A stretch of DNA of 64,000 nucleotides from an uncultured delta proteobacterium (GCA_963733715.1 CAVTEN010000021.1:166970-230969), one strand, 5' to 3'; shown: positions 30,191 through 40,049, counted from the stretch's first letter. Notes: generated from the sequence alone by a model not told the origin. A program made the numbers and translations.

Positions 30191-31060
30191 GTGACTATAG
30201 TGTCTCGCACGATACGGATGTTGCCGGCGTCATGGGTTGAGTTCGTGTCGGATTGGGGAGTGAAATCTCCGCTGGTGGCGAAGTGCATCCGATGGGCCGG
30301 GACCTCGATGCACCAGCGCGATCAGATAATCGCGCGGGGCTTCGCCAAAGGCCTCAAGATCAACATCGGCTTTTCGCACGTAGGATACGTGCTCGGCACC
30401 ACCGAGCCGGAAGTGCAAGCTGCCCTCGACATGCTGTTGCGGCCGGGAATGACGGTTTACGACATCGGCGCAAACGTCGGGTTTCACGCGATTAGCGCCG
30501 CGCGCCGGATCGGACCGGACGCGAAGGTAGTCTGCTTCGAACCGCTGCCAAGTAATGCGAAACAGATCGAATACAATGCCGCGTCCAACAAGTTCACGAA
30601 TATACAGGTGGTAACCGCAGCGCTTGGAAGTTCGGAAGGCGAGGCTGCGTTCTGGACCTCGAGGCAGCCGACCTGGGGCAAGCTGGCGTCGGTCGGAAAA
30701 AAGCCGGACAAGTTTGCCGATGAGGTCAAGGTCAGCCTCCGCCGGCTGGATTCGGTGGTGGACGAATTGAACTTGCCACCGCCCGCGCTGATCAAGATGG
30801 ACGTCGAGGGTTCGGAAATCGACGTGCTCGAAGGCGCTCGGAAGACCCTGGAGCGTTACCGGCCGACTCTCCTGATTGAGGCGCACGGCACCAACGCGGC
30901 GATAGAGAATTTTCTGGTGGCGATCGGTTATCGCGTCGGCGTGCTCGGGAAGAATGTTCCGGTCGCCGATGCTTACTGGAACGCTCATATATTTGCGATC
31001 TCCGCCGATCCTGCCAGAGCTGAACAGATTTTCGACGGTCTGCGGAGTATCCAGGCTTGA
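30191..31060 (+). CDS. FkbM-family methyltransferase
   Basis: VYDIGANVGFHAISAA; KMDVEGSEIDVLEG. Confidence 0.75.
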   Translation: MTIVSRTIRMLPASWVEFVSDWGVKSPLVAKCIRWAGTSMHQRDQIIARGFAKGLKINIGFSHVGYVLGTTEPEVQAALDMLLRPGMTVYDIGANVGFHAISAARRIGPDAKVVCFEPLPSNAKQIEYNAASNKFTNIQVVTAALGSSEGEAAFWTSRQPTWGKLASVGKKPDKFADEVKVSLRRLDSVVDELNLPPPALIKMDVEGSEIDVLEGARKTLERYRPTLLIEAHGTNAAIENFLVAIGYRVGVLGKNVPVADAYWNAHIFAISADPARAEQIFDGLRSIQA

Positions 31061-32283
31061 CGCAACCGTCCACCACTTCTGTCAACGTCGACGACGCGAG
31101 CATTTCGCGCATGTCGAATCTCTCTCGTGCGACGCGCGCGCGTCGACGTCTGCTCACGATCGGGCATTCGTACTGCGTTGCGGTGAATCGGCGTCTCGCC
31201 CATGAGATGGCTCGCGAGGGTGGCCAGGATTGGGAGGTTACCGCGGTAGCGCCGGAATTTTTCCACGGTGACCTGCGTCCGATCCGGACCGAGCGGATAT
31301 CCGGCGAGCTTTGTCGTCTGGAAACGGTGCCGGCGTTTCTCAGCAATCGAATCCATTTCTTTTTCTATGGACGCAAGCTGCGCGAGATCTTAAGCCGCCC
31401 CTGGGATGTCGTGCACTGTTGGGAGGAACCGTTCATCGTGGCCGGCGGACAAATCGCGTGGTGGACGCCGCCCGCGACTCCGCTGGTCTTCTGGACTGGT
31501 CAGACGATACCGAAAAATTATCCACTGCCGTTTTCCGCGATCGAGCGCTACTGCGTCTCGCGTTGCGCGGGTTGGACCGCTCGCGGTGAGAACGGCATTG
31601 AGGCTTTGCTGCCGCGTGGCTACGACAGCAAGCCGCATCGCGTGATGCCGCTGGGTGTCGACGTTGAATTGTTCCGTCCCGATCGCAGCGTTGGTGAACG
31701 AGTGCGCGCTCAACTCGGATGGTCACCGGCGGGGGCACCGGTAGTCGGCTTCATGGGTCGTTTCGTCGAAGAAAAAGGGATTCGCACGCTGACCGCTGCG
31801 CTCGATCGCGTCGAGTCTCAGTGGCGCGCCCTGGTTGTCGGCGGCGGACCGCTCGAAGGATTTCTGCGCAAATGGAGCACGCCGTATGGCGACCGGGTGC
31901 GAATCGTAACCGGAATCCCGCACGATCGCGTGCCGGACTATCTGAACGCCATGGATGTGATGTGTGCCCCGAGCGAGACCGCGCCTAACTGGCGCGAGGT
32001 ATTCGGTCGAATGATCGTCGAGGCCTTTGCATGCGGCGTTCCGATAATCGCGACGAACAGCGGAGAAATTCCACGAGTGGTCGCGGACGCCGGACGGATT
32101 GTAAGCGAGCGCTCGCCGGATGAATTGGCCAACGCGATAGGAGCGCTGCTGGAAAATCCAGCGCAGCGGCGTGAGTTCGCGGCGCGGGGACTCGAGCGGG
32201 TCCGGACGACATATACCTGGTCGATCGTGGCGCGCCGCCATCTCGATTTTTTTGAGGAATTGCTGCAGCGCGGCGTGGCCTAG
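31057..32283 (+). CDS. Glycosyltransferase, GT4-like
   Basis: LLTIGHSYCVAVNRRLAHEMAREGG; REVFGRMIVEAFACGVPII. The start may be the internal ATG near 31111. Confidence 0.7.
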   Translation: MTQPSTTSVNVDDASISRMSNLSRATRARRRLLTIGHSYCVAVNRRLAHEMAREGGQDWEVTAVAPEFFHGDLRPIRTERISGELCRLETVPAFLSNRIHFFFYGRKLREILSRPWDVVHCWEEPFIVAGGQIAWWTPPATPLVFWTGQTIPKNYPLPFSAIERYCVSRCAGWTARGENGIEALLPRGYDSKPHRVMPLGVDVELFRPDRSVGERVRAQLGWSPAGAPVVGFMGRFVEEKGIRTLTAALDRVESQWRALVVGGGPLEGFLRKWSTPYGDRVRIVTGIPHDRVPDYLNAMDVMCAPSETAPNWREVFGRMIVEAFACGVPIIATNSGEIPRVVADAGRIVSERSPDELANAIGALLENPAQRREFAARGLERVRTTYTWSIVARRHLDFFEELLQRGVA

Positions 32284-32322
32284 CCGCCTCGAACTGCGAG
32301 TTCTCGATCTCGATCGAATCCA

Positions 32323-33531
32323 ATGGACAGATTGAAAGTCGCGGTAGTCGCCGACTACGTCGAGGAGGGATGGGCCAGCATGGACCTCGTGGCCGAGATG
32401 CTGGCGACCCGGCTCACGAGCGTGCATCGGGACGTGATCGATGCGAGGCTGATACGTCCCCGATTTTTGAGACCGTTGACCCGATTCGGTTCGCTCAGAC
32501 GCAGCAAATCGGCTTTCAATGCGGAGCGCGCGCTGAACCGATATTTCCTGTATCCGCTGTGGCTCCGGCGGCAGCGCGGAAAATTCACGCTGTTTCATAT
32601 CGTCGATCACAGCTACAGCCATCTGACGAATCATCTGCCCGGGGACAGAACGATCATCACCTGTCACGATATCGACGCATTCCGCGCCCTTCTTACGCCG
32701 TCGCGTGGGCCGCGTTCCGCGATCCCTCGTGCGATAGCGAGCCGGATTCTGAAGGGCTTTCGCCGCGCCGCGATGGTCACCTGTGTGAGCCGGGCAACGC
32801 GCGACGCGATTGTCGAGCACGGTTTGCGTTCGCCGCTGACGACAGTGGTTATCGCGAATGGAGTCGATGCTGTGATGTCGCCGGAGCCTGACCTGGTGGC
32901 GGACCGCGAGGCCGAAAATATTCTCGGCCGCCGCGATGCAGGCGCGCCTGAAATTGTCCACGTCGGCAGCACTGAGCCGCGCAAACGGATCGAAATGCTG
33001 CTGCAGATCTTTGCCGGAATCGCGCGCAAATTTCCAAACGCGCGACTCATTCGCGTCGGTGGCGGTCTGTCGTCCGAGCATTGGCGAGTCGCCGGCCTGC
33101 TGGGAATCAAGGATCGAGTCGTGATCATGCCGTTCCTGGATCGAAAAGTTCTCGCATCGGTGTACCGTCGCGCGGCGATCGTCTTGCTGCCGTCGGACGC
33201 GGAAGGTTTCGCCCTGCCATTGGTCGAGGCGATGGCCTGCGGGCGTCCCGTCATCGCCAGCGACTTGCCGGTGCTGCGTGAAGTGGGGGGAGATGCCGCA
33301 TCTTACTGTCCTGTCGCCGACGTTACCTCGTGGATCCAAACCGCAAGCGCGTTGCTGGACGGACGCGACGATTCCGATCGGGTCCGGGCGCGAACCGCAT
33401 GGGCGGCGCGATTTTCATGGGACACTTACTCCGCCAGTACCGTCGAGGTTTATCGCGCAGTTGCCGATGTGGCGACTGGAAAAACGACCACACTTTCGGT
33501 CCAGAGTCTCGAACCAACCACCGAATCGTAG
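32323..33531 (+). CDS. Glycosyltransferase, GT4-like
   Basis: AEGFALPLVEAMACGRPVIASDLPVLREV. Confidence 0.75.
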   Translation: MDRLKVAVVADYVEEGWASMDLVAEMLATRLTSVHRDVIDARLIRPRFLRPLTRFGSLRRSKSAFNAERALNRYFLYPLWLRRQRGKFTLFHIVDHSYSHLTNHLPGDRTIITCHDIDAFRALLTPSRGPRSAIPRAIASRILKGFRRAAMVTCVSRATRDAIVEHGLRSPLTTVVIANGVDAVMSPEPDLVADREAENILGRRDAGAPEIVHVGSTEPRKRIEMLLQIFAGIARKFPNARLIRVGGGLSSEHWRVAGLLGIKDRVVIMPFLDRKVLASVYRRAAIVLLPSDAEGFALPLVEAMACGRPVIASDLPVLREVGGDAASYCPVADVTSWIQTASALLDGRDDSDRVRARTAWAARFSWDTYSASTVEVYRAVADVATGKTTTLSVQSLEPTTES

Positions 33532-33711
33532 GCGCTACCAGGCAAATTCGAAGATCGCTGGCCACAAATATTCAAGTGTACGATAACTATACATCTAGTA
33601 GGGTATCGACCCTGCCTGGTGCGGAAAACCGCCGACCGAATTTCGATAGCGAAGCATTCGGAGGCAAGCTGTACCGTCAATCGATCCAGCTTTGGGGGAC
33701 ATGGCTGAGTC

Positions 33712-34917
33712 ATGGCGGAGGAGAGTGGCATGCAAGCCGAACCTAATTCACGGATCAAGGTCCTCCATATAGGAAAATTCTATCCACCGCACGCCGGCGG
33801 CATGGAGACTCATCTGGAGACGCTTTGCCGGGAACTCAGAAAGACGATGGACGTTCGCGCGCTGGTCGCCAACGACAAGCGTCGAGACGAGGATTCGATC
33901 ATCGACGGCGTCAGCGTTTCGCGCCTTGCAATCAATTTCCATATCGCGGGCGCGCCGGTATGCGCCAGCATGGCGTGGAAGGTAAGGCGGTCCACGGCGG
34001 ACATCGTTCACGTGCATTTGCCAAATCCTGCGGGCATCGTCGCGGTGATGGCGAGCGGCTACAAGGGCAAGCTCATCGCGACCTGGCATAGCGACGTGGT
34101 CCGTCAACGGCGACTTGCACGAATTTTTGCGCCCATACAGCGCCGGTTTCTCCGCCAGTGCAGTGCGATCATCGCAACCTCGCCCAACTACGTCGAATCA
34201 TCGCCCGATCTCGCGCGCTTCCGCGATCGATGCCAGGTAATTCCGTTCGGCATCAATGTCGATCAATACCGCCGCGTCGACTGGGAGGCCGTGAAAGCCA
34301 TCCGCGACCGTTATCCCGGGCCGTTGCTGCTAGCGGTAGGACGCCTGGTCTACTACAAGGGCTTCGAATATTTGATTCGCGCAATGAAAGACATCAAAGC
34401 GACGCTGCTGATGATCGGCGAGGGACCGCTGCGGCATTCGCTGGAGCAGGAAGCGCGCGCGGCGGGCGTCGCGGATCGGGTGATTTTTCTCGGCGCGCTA
34501 TCCGGCATCACGCCTTACTACCACGCGTGCGATGCTTTTGTACTTTCGTCGGTCTCGCGTAGCGAAGCGTTCGGAATCGTTCAGCTTGAAGCGATGGCTT
34601 GCGGCAAGCCGGTGGTGAATACTTCACTGCGGTCGGGCGTACCCTTTGTCTCGCTCGACGGCGTCACCGGTCTGACGGTAGTGCCCCGCGACTCGGCCGA
34701 GATGGCGAAAGCGCTGAATCGGTTGCTGGATGATCACGAGTTGCGCCAGAAGTACGGTGCCTCCGGGTTACATCGGGTGCGTACCGAATTCACTGCCGAC
34801 GCGATGGCGAAACGCACTCTCGACGTCTATCAGCAGGTAGTCAATGCTGGACTTCCTTGTCGCGACGTCGACGAACAGGTCGGAAAGGGCGCGGAGCTAA
34901 GTTCCGCGGCTATCTGA
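33712..34917 (+). CDS. Glycosyltransferase, GT4-like
   Basis: IKVLHIGKFYPPHAGGMETH; SEAFGIVQLEAMACGKPVV. Confidence 0.8.
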   Translation: MAEESGMQAEPNSRIKVLHIGKFYPPHAGGMETHLETLCRELRKTMDVRALVANDKRRDEDSIIDGVSVSRLAINFHIAGAPVCASMAWKVRRSTADIVHVHLPNPAGIVAVMASGYKGKLIATWHSDVVRQRRLARIFAPIQRRFLRQCSAIIATSPNYVESSPDLARFRDRCQVIPFGINVDQYRRVDWEAVKAIRDRYPGPLLLAVGRLVYYKGFEYLIRAMKDIKATLLMIGEGPLRHSLEQEARAAGVADRVIFLGALSGITPYYHACDAFVLSSVSRSEAFGIVQLEAMACGKPVVNTSLRSGVPFVSLDGVTGLTVVPRDSAEMAKALNRLLDDHELRQKYGASGLHRVRTEFTADAMAKRTLDVYQQVVNAGLPCRDVDEQVGKGAELSSAAI

Positions 34918-34962
34918 GAATCAAACCCACCGTTGGAATATCTTCCGGCAATTTCGCTGAAT

Positions 34963-36755
34963 ATGTTTAAAGCGGTACGAGCTTATACAAAATCCCTGGC
35001 TGAGGTGGCGCGATGGCGCCTGGGGTATACCTTCGCGCTGGTAGTGATCTCGTCGCTGACCGAGGGACTCGGCCTGGCGCTGCTGCTGCCCACGCTGCAA
35101 CTGGCCGGAGTCGACATAGGCTCTGGCAGCGCGGCAGGCCGCTATGCCGCCCTGGTTCGCGAAGGGTTCGGAGCGGTAGGGCTGCGACCGAGCCTGGCGC
35201 TGATGTTGGCGATTTTCGTGGCGATTATCTGCATGCGCGCGATGTTGACTCGAGCGCAAGGCATGGCGATCACCGTTCTGTATGAGACCTTCGCGCAACA
35301 CCTGCGGCAGCGCCTGTTCGAGGCAGTAAGCGGCGCCAACTGGCTATTCATCTGCAAGAGCCGCTCATCCGATTTCGTGCACGCTCTTACCAATGAAGTG
35401 GATCGTGCGAGCGGCGCCGCCTATCAAGGTCTGAATACTGTTTCCGGCGCGGCGGTCGCGGCCCTCTATATAGCGGCCAGCTTCATTCTATTCCCGACAG
35501 CGACACTTCTGATGCTGGGGCTATGCGCTGTATTGGCGCTGTTGCTGCGCGCAAAGACCCGTGCCGTCTACAGCGCCGGCGGCGAAATGTCTGACGTGAC
35601 AAACTCTGTCTACTCTGCCGCCATCGAGCATTTCCAAAGCATCAAGACCGCCAAGATGTACGGAGCACAACGGCGCACCTGCGATATCTTCTCCGGCCTG
35701 ACCCGGGACATGACGGTTAACCGGCCTCAGGTTGACCAGCGAGCAACTCTCCGCCGACGCATGGTTCGAGATCGGATCGGCCGTGATGATGGGTGCGATG
35801 CTTCTGGTGGCGATCAAGTGGATTGCGATTTCGCCCGCCGAAGTCCTGATTCTGCTCGTCCTGTTCGCCCGGGTCATGCCCCGTATCAGGACGCTGCAGA
35901 CCACCTACCGCGGTTTCGTCAGCCTACTGCCGGGGTTCGCCACTGTTACACGTATCGAAGAGCAATGCCGGGCAGAGGCAGAACCGGACGCCGACATCGG
36001 ACAGCCGTTGGAGTTTCGTTCCGCCTTGCGCTTCGAAAATGTCTCATTCAGCTACCCGTCTGGGCTGGCTCCGGTTCTTCGCGGCATCGATCTCACGATT
36101 CCTGTCGGCCGGACTGTAGCGATCGTTGGACCTTCGGGCGCCGGAAAGAGCACGATCGCTGACCTCCTCATGGGCCTGATGCCACCCGGCTCCGGACGAA
36201 TTACAGTGGACGGAACTCCGCTCAATCCAGCGCGGGCTCGGTCGTGGCGCGAGGAAATCGGTTACGTAGCTCAGGACACGTTCCTGTTTCACGACACTGT
36301 GCGCGCCAATCTCCTGTGGGCGCGACCCGACGCCACTGAAAGCGAACTGCGCGCCGCGCTCGAAGAGGGCAGCGGCGGAAGAGTTTGTCGCACGGCTTCC
36401 GCAGGACCTCGACACTATTGTCGGCGACCGCGGCGCGACCCTGTCGCAAGGAGAGCGGCAGCGCCTTGCGCTGGCCCGTGCGCTCCTGCGCCAGCCGCGG
36501 TTGCTCGTGCTCGACGAGTCCACCAACAGCCTCGATTCGGAAAACGAAACGAGAATCCTCAGCGCGATCGAGCAGATACATGGCGGGATTACGACGGTGC
36601 TGATCGCGCATCGGCTATCTACCATCCGCTGGGCCGACCTGATCTATGTGATCGAAAACGGTCGAGTCGTGGAGTCGGGCGACTGGGAGACCCTCGCAGC
36701 CAGGCTGGACGGCCGGTTCCGGAGCTGGTGCGTCGCGCAGGGGTTGGCCGCATGA
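34963..36755 (+). CDS. ABC exporter, fused TMD-NBD (McjD-like lasso peptide export/immunity candidate); frame broken near 35720 and 36367
   Basis: The TMD is in ORF 34933..36162 up to ~35720 and continues in ORF 35732... Walker A GPSGAGKST. After ~36367 a third frame gives LSQGERQRLALARAL and LLVLDESTNSLD (ORF 36501..36755). Confidence 0.8.
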
Positions 36756-37960
36756 GAACTTCATCGAAGATGCGCCTGAGCCCCGCGGCTGACCTGCTTC
36801 TGGCGATCGCGCGTCGTTTCGCAGGCACTGAATCCCCAGATGGGATCCGCTTCTACGCCGGCCGGATATCCGATTGGAGCGCCGCCATGGACCTTGCGCG
36901 AGCCCACGGGATGGAGCCGCTAGCGGCGTGGTACCTCAAGACTGACTGCGCTGGGACGTTTGCGCCGGATTTTTACGATCGCATGCGCGCTATACTGCGG
37001 CGCAATACCGCCAACTTCGTGTTGCTGAGCACCGATCTCATAAAGGTCCTGCGCATCCTTCAGGCGCGCGGGATACCGGTCGTTCCGCTGAAAGGCCCCG
37101 TCCTGGCTGTAACGCTGTTCAACGAAATCCCTTGGCGCGAGAGCTGCGACCTCGACCTGCTGGTCCGCCGCGCCGACGTCGGACGGGCTAAAGACGCGCT
37201 AATCGAAGCCGGCTATCAGCTCGATTCGCAGCTCCGCTCGGGTGAGGAGAACGACGCCTTTCATTGGAGGTCGCAACTAGTTCTCTTCCGCGACGACGTT
37301 AGCCCAGCGCTGGACCTTCACTGGGAACTACTGCCAAGCCTGTTTCCCTGTGCGCGCTACTTCGATTCGGTGTGGGAACGTCTCCAGAACGCCACTTTCC
37401 ACGATCAAGAGATTCTGACCCTCTCAGTCGAGGACCAGCTCTTCTTTCTGTGTGCGCACGCCGCCCGGCATTCATGGCACAGCCTACGGCTGGCGGTAGA
37501 TGTTGCCAGGCTCATCTATGTCCGCCCCGACCTGGACTGGGATTCTGTAATCCGCGCCGGCCGCGACTCGGATGGGACGGTTCTGGCGCTGGGCTTGTGG
37601 ATTGTGAGTCATCTCCTGGATGTGAGTCTGCCCGAGTCAGCTATGCGTTACGCCAACGAGGCGATCGACGGTAAGCCCTTTGCGTCTCAGCTGCTCGAGC
37701 GAATGATGAGCGTAACACCGGACCAATACGAGAACTCCTCGGAATTGCGGCTCCAATTGCGGCTGGCTGCAGGCTGGTGGCCGAAACTGCGCTGCGCTGC
37801 CGGCTATGTGCTGCTGCCAACCGATGCCGATGGGGCGCTGCGACTGCCGGCGTCGCTCTTCTTCCTTTACTACCTCTACCGTCCAGTGCGGCTGACAGCG
37901 AAATATGGGATGAAGCTTTTTCGAGTGATTTCAGGCGAAGTAACTCGCCATCACGTCTAG
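36752..37960 (+). CDS. NTP_transf_5-like 'uncharacterised nucleotidyltransferase' family protein
   Basis: The ATG at 36752 overlaps the ABC stop (ATGA). SDWSAAMDLARAHGMEPLAAWYL, WRESCDLDLLV and ALDLHWEL are family-typical. It appears in the track as the tail of fused ORF 35732..37960. Confidence 0.65.
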   Translation: MRTSSKMRLSPAADLLLAIARRFAGTESPDGIRFYAGRISDWSAAMDLARAHGMEPLAAWYLKTDCAGTFAPDFYDRMRAILRRNTANFVLLSTDLIKVLRILQARGIPVVPLKGPVLAVTLFNEIPWRESCDLDLLVRRADVGRAKDALIEAGYQLDSQLRSGEENDAFHWRSQLVLFRDDVSPALDLHWELLPSLFPCARYFDSVWERLQNATFHDQEILTLSVEDQLFFLCAHAARHSWHSLRLAVDVARLIYVRPDLDWDSVIRAGRDSDGTVLALGLWIVSHLLDVSLPESAMRYANEAIDGKPFASQLLERMMSVTPDQYENSSELRLQLRLAAGWWPKLRCAAGYVLLPTDADGALRLPASLFFLYYLYRPVRLTAKYGMKLFRVISGEVTRHHV

Positions 37961-37994
37961 GACCGATAGCGCGTAGGCTTAGCGGAAAGCTTCG

Positions 37995-38657
37995 ATGGGA
38001 CCGATCGCGATCCAGATTCAAAGAAAAGGCCTGGCATTAGACCCAGAGCAAATTGGCCAGCTCCGCGCGGAATTTCGCGATGCGCACTGGGTGCGGCTTA
38101 CTCAGTTACTGGAGCCATCTATAGTGGATTCTCTCCAGGCACGCCTGGATAACAGCCAATGGCAAACGATGTCACACGGGGAGATCGGTGAGGAATACAT
38201 CACCATTGATCTGCTCGCCAACAGTCTTCTCCATTTCGCAATGAACCGTCCCAAATTTCGCGCGGTCATAGAGGAGATTACGGGCTGCAAAAGCCTCCGA
38301 TGGTTCCGGGGACGGGTCTATCGCACGATCGCGGGAGCGGGCCATCACGATAACTGGCACGATGACGTTGATCATTCTAATGAGGTAGGTATGACCGTTA
38401 ATCTCAGCCGCGATCTCTTTCGTGGTGGATTGTTCATGTTACGGGAAGGCGACTCCAAGCGGGTTCTAGCTCATGTCGCTAACACCGGGCCTGGCGATGC
38501 TCTCATCTTCAGAATCTCGCCCGACTTGCAGCATCGAATTTCGGACCTGGAAGGAGCCGAGCCTAAGACGGCCTTTGCAGGGTGGTTTAGAAGCGATCTT
38601 CCTGAATGTTTCAGAGATTCCAGCATACGGATTCCCGCTGACTCGCGAGCTATCTGA
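37995..38657 (+). CDS. Fe(II)/2-oxoglutarate-dependent oxygenase
   Basis: HxD in HHDNWHDDVD, a distal His in LQHRISD, and TAFAGWF at the end of the jelly-roll. Confidence 0.6.
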   Translation: MGPIAIQIQRKGLALDPEQIGQLRAEFRDAHWVRLTQLLEPSIVDSLQARLDNSQWQTMSHGEIGEEYITIDLLANSLLHFAMNRPKFRAVIEEITGCKSLRWFRGRVYRTIAGAGHHDNWHDDVDHSNEVGMTVNLSRDLFRGGLFMLREGDSKRVLAHVANTGPGDALIFRISPDLQHRISDLEGAEPKTAFAGWFRSDLPECFRDSSIRIPADSRAI

Positions 38658-38658
38658 G

Positions 38659-39714
38659 TTGACGCGCGCCTGGAGCATATCGCCAACGTTGAGTACCACC
38701 AGCATCGACGCCTCCTGGACTTGCCAAGGAGAAAAAACCCACTGGTATGATATTTACGGTATTCGCCTGTGCAGCGAGATTCAGCTTTCCTTCCCGGATT
38801 CAGAGCCGATGCAATCCGCGGACGTTAGGCTTCTCGTGGCCCCACCGGATTTCTTTCGGAAGGCAACCGACGGCGCCATCGTGAATTCCAGTCCCACTCG
38901 ATGGTACAAGTATGCTCGACTGGACAACGGCCAGTCATACCTACGATGGGACGAGTTGTTTGAGTTCCTAGTCGGCGCGGACGGCCGGCATATCTGGTGC
39001 GGATGGCTCGGCGCGGCTTCGCTGGAATCTTTGCAGGTCTATCTCCTGGGACACGCGCTCTCCTTCGCGCTGGTGAAGCAGGGCTACGAACCTCTACACG
39101 CAACTTCCGTCGTGATCGACGGCGATGCTATCGCCTTCCTGGGTTCCAGCGGATTCGGCAAGTCTTCGCTTGCGGCAGCGTTTCTCGCGGACGGTCACCG
39201 CCTGCTCACCGACGACATGCTATTACTTCGGCGCAACGATGGAGGTTACGAGGGGCAGCCCGGCCCCGGCAGAATCAAGCTTTTCCCCAAGATAGCCCGC
39301 CGGTTCCTGGCAGGTGCGGCCAGCGCAGTGCCGATGAACAATGAAACTGAGAAACTGGTTGTGCCCTTAAGCGCCGATCATCGCCACGCCGGCAGCGCTC
39401 CCTTGCGAGCCCTATATGTGCTTGGCCCGCCACGCGAGGTGCACCGGAAGCAACCTATCCAGCTGACCTCCCTTACCACAAAGGAAACGTTCATTGAGTT
39501 AGTACGCGGCACGTTCAATTTCCTGATAACCGGATCGGAACGCCTTGAGCGGCAATATATTGAGAGCCTTCAGGTTGCATCGCGGGTGCCTGCGCGCCGA
39601 ATTTCCTATCCGCGCGTTCTATCAATGCTGCCCGATGTCAGGAAGGCAATTCTTTCCGACCTCGCGGAGGTAGTCCGGTACCGATATCGTCAGGAGTCCG
39701 ATGCCGCCAACTAG
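38659..39714 (+). CDS. HPr kinase-related P-loop protein (lasso/RiPP-associated kinase candidate)
   Basis: LHATSVVIDGDAIAFLGSSGFGKSSLAAAFLADGHRLLTDDM matches the HprK C-terminal domain P-loop. The start is uncertain (in-frame TTG at 38659 or 38689); track ORF 38473.. overlaps the upstream gene. Confidence 0.65.
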   Translation: MTRAWSISPTLSTTSIDASWTCQGEKTHWYDIYGIRLCSEIQLSFPDSEPMQSADVRLLVAPPDFFRKATDGAIVNSSPTRWYKYARLDNGQSYLRWDELFEFLVGADGRHIWCGWLGAASLESLQVYLLGHALSFALVKQGYEPLHATSVVIDGDAIAFLGSSGFGKSSLAAAFLADGHRLLTDDMLLLRRNDGGYEGQPGPGRIKLFPKIARRFLAGAASAVPMNNETEKLVVPLSADHRHAGSAPLRALYVLGPPREVHRKQPIQLTSLTTKETFIELVRGTFNFLITGSERLERQYIESLQVASRVPARRISYPRVLSMLPDVRKAILSDLAEVVRYRYRQESDAAN

Positions 39715-39753
39715 CCGTCAATTCGCCAGTAGCAATTTTGGAGGAATCTCCGG

Positions 39754-40044
39754 ATGAGTTCAGTGTCTTTTTCCAGCCGCGCGCGAATCGCTCCAGAGGT
39801 GATGATTCAAGAGGTGGGCGGTGAATCCGTGCTTCTCGACCTTAAGACCGAACGTTATCTCGGCTTGAACGAAGTGGGCACGCGAATGTGGCAGGCTCTT
39901 TCGGAGTCCGACTCGATTCAAGCTGCCTACGAAGCGCTCCAGGCCGAGTACGATGTTACACCGCAGCAGCTGGAAGAAGATTTGCGCGATCTAATCGATC
40001 GACTGCTCGCGAACGCGTTGATCACAACGGAGCCCACTGGTTAG
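39754..40044 (+). CDS. PqqD-family RiPP recognition element (lasso B1-like)
   Basis: 96-aa protein with EVGGESVLLDLKTERYLGLNEVGTRMWQAL..., a typical PqqD/RRE fold sequence. Confidence 0.8.
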   Translation: MSSVSFSSRARIAPEVMIQEVGGESVLLDLKTERYLGLNEVGTRMWQALSESDSIQAAYEALQAEYDVTPQQLEEDLRDLIDRLLANALITTEPTG

Positions 40045-40049
40045 CTGAG

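Noticed and set aside
34963-36755. Interpretation that the lasso exporter (and the wzm, asnB and GT2 genes) are true pseudogenes marking a decaying cluster
   Set aside because: mutL, miaA and accA show the same kind of breaks at a similar density, so a technical indel origin is more likely. This cannot be proven without reads.
35732-37960. 742-aa ORF suggesting an ABC-NBD fused to a nucleotidyltransferase-like domain
   Set aside because: The middle ~130 codons (EEGSGGRVCRTASAGPRHYCRRP...) are out-of-frame translation of the NBD C-half. The correct frame ends at 36755 and the next gene starts at ATG 36752. The apparent fusion is an artefact of a frame error.
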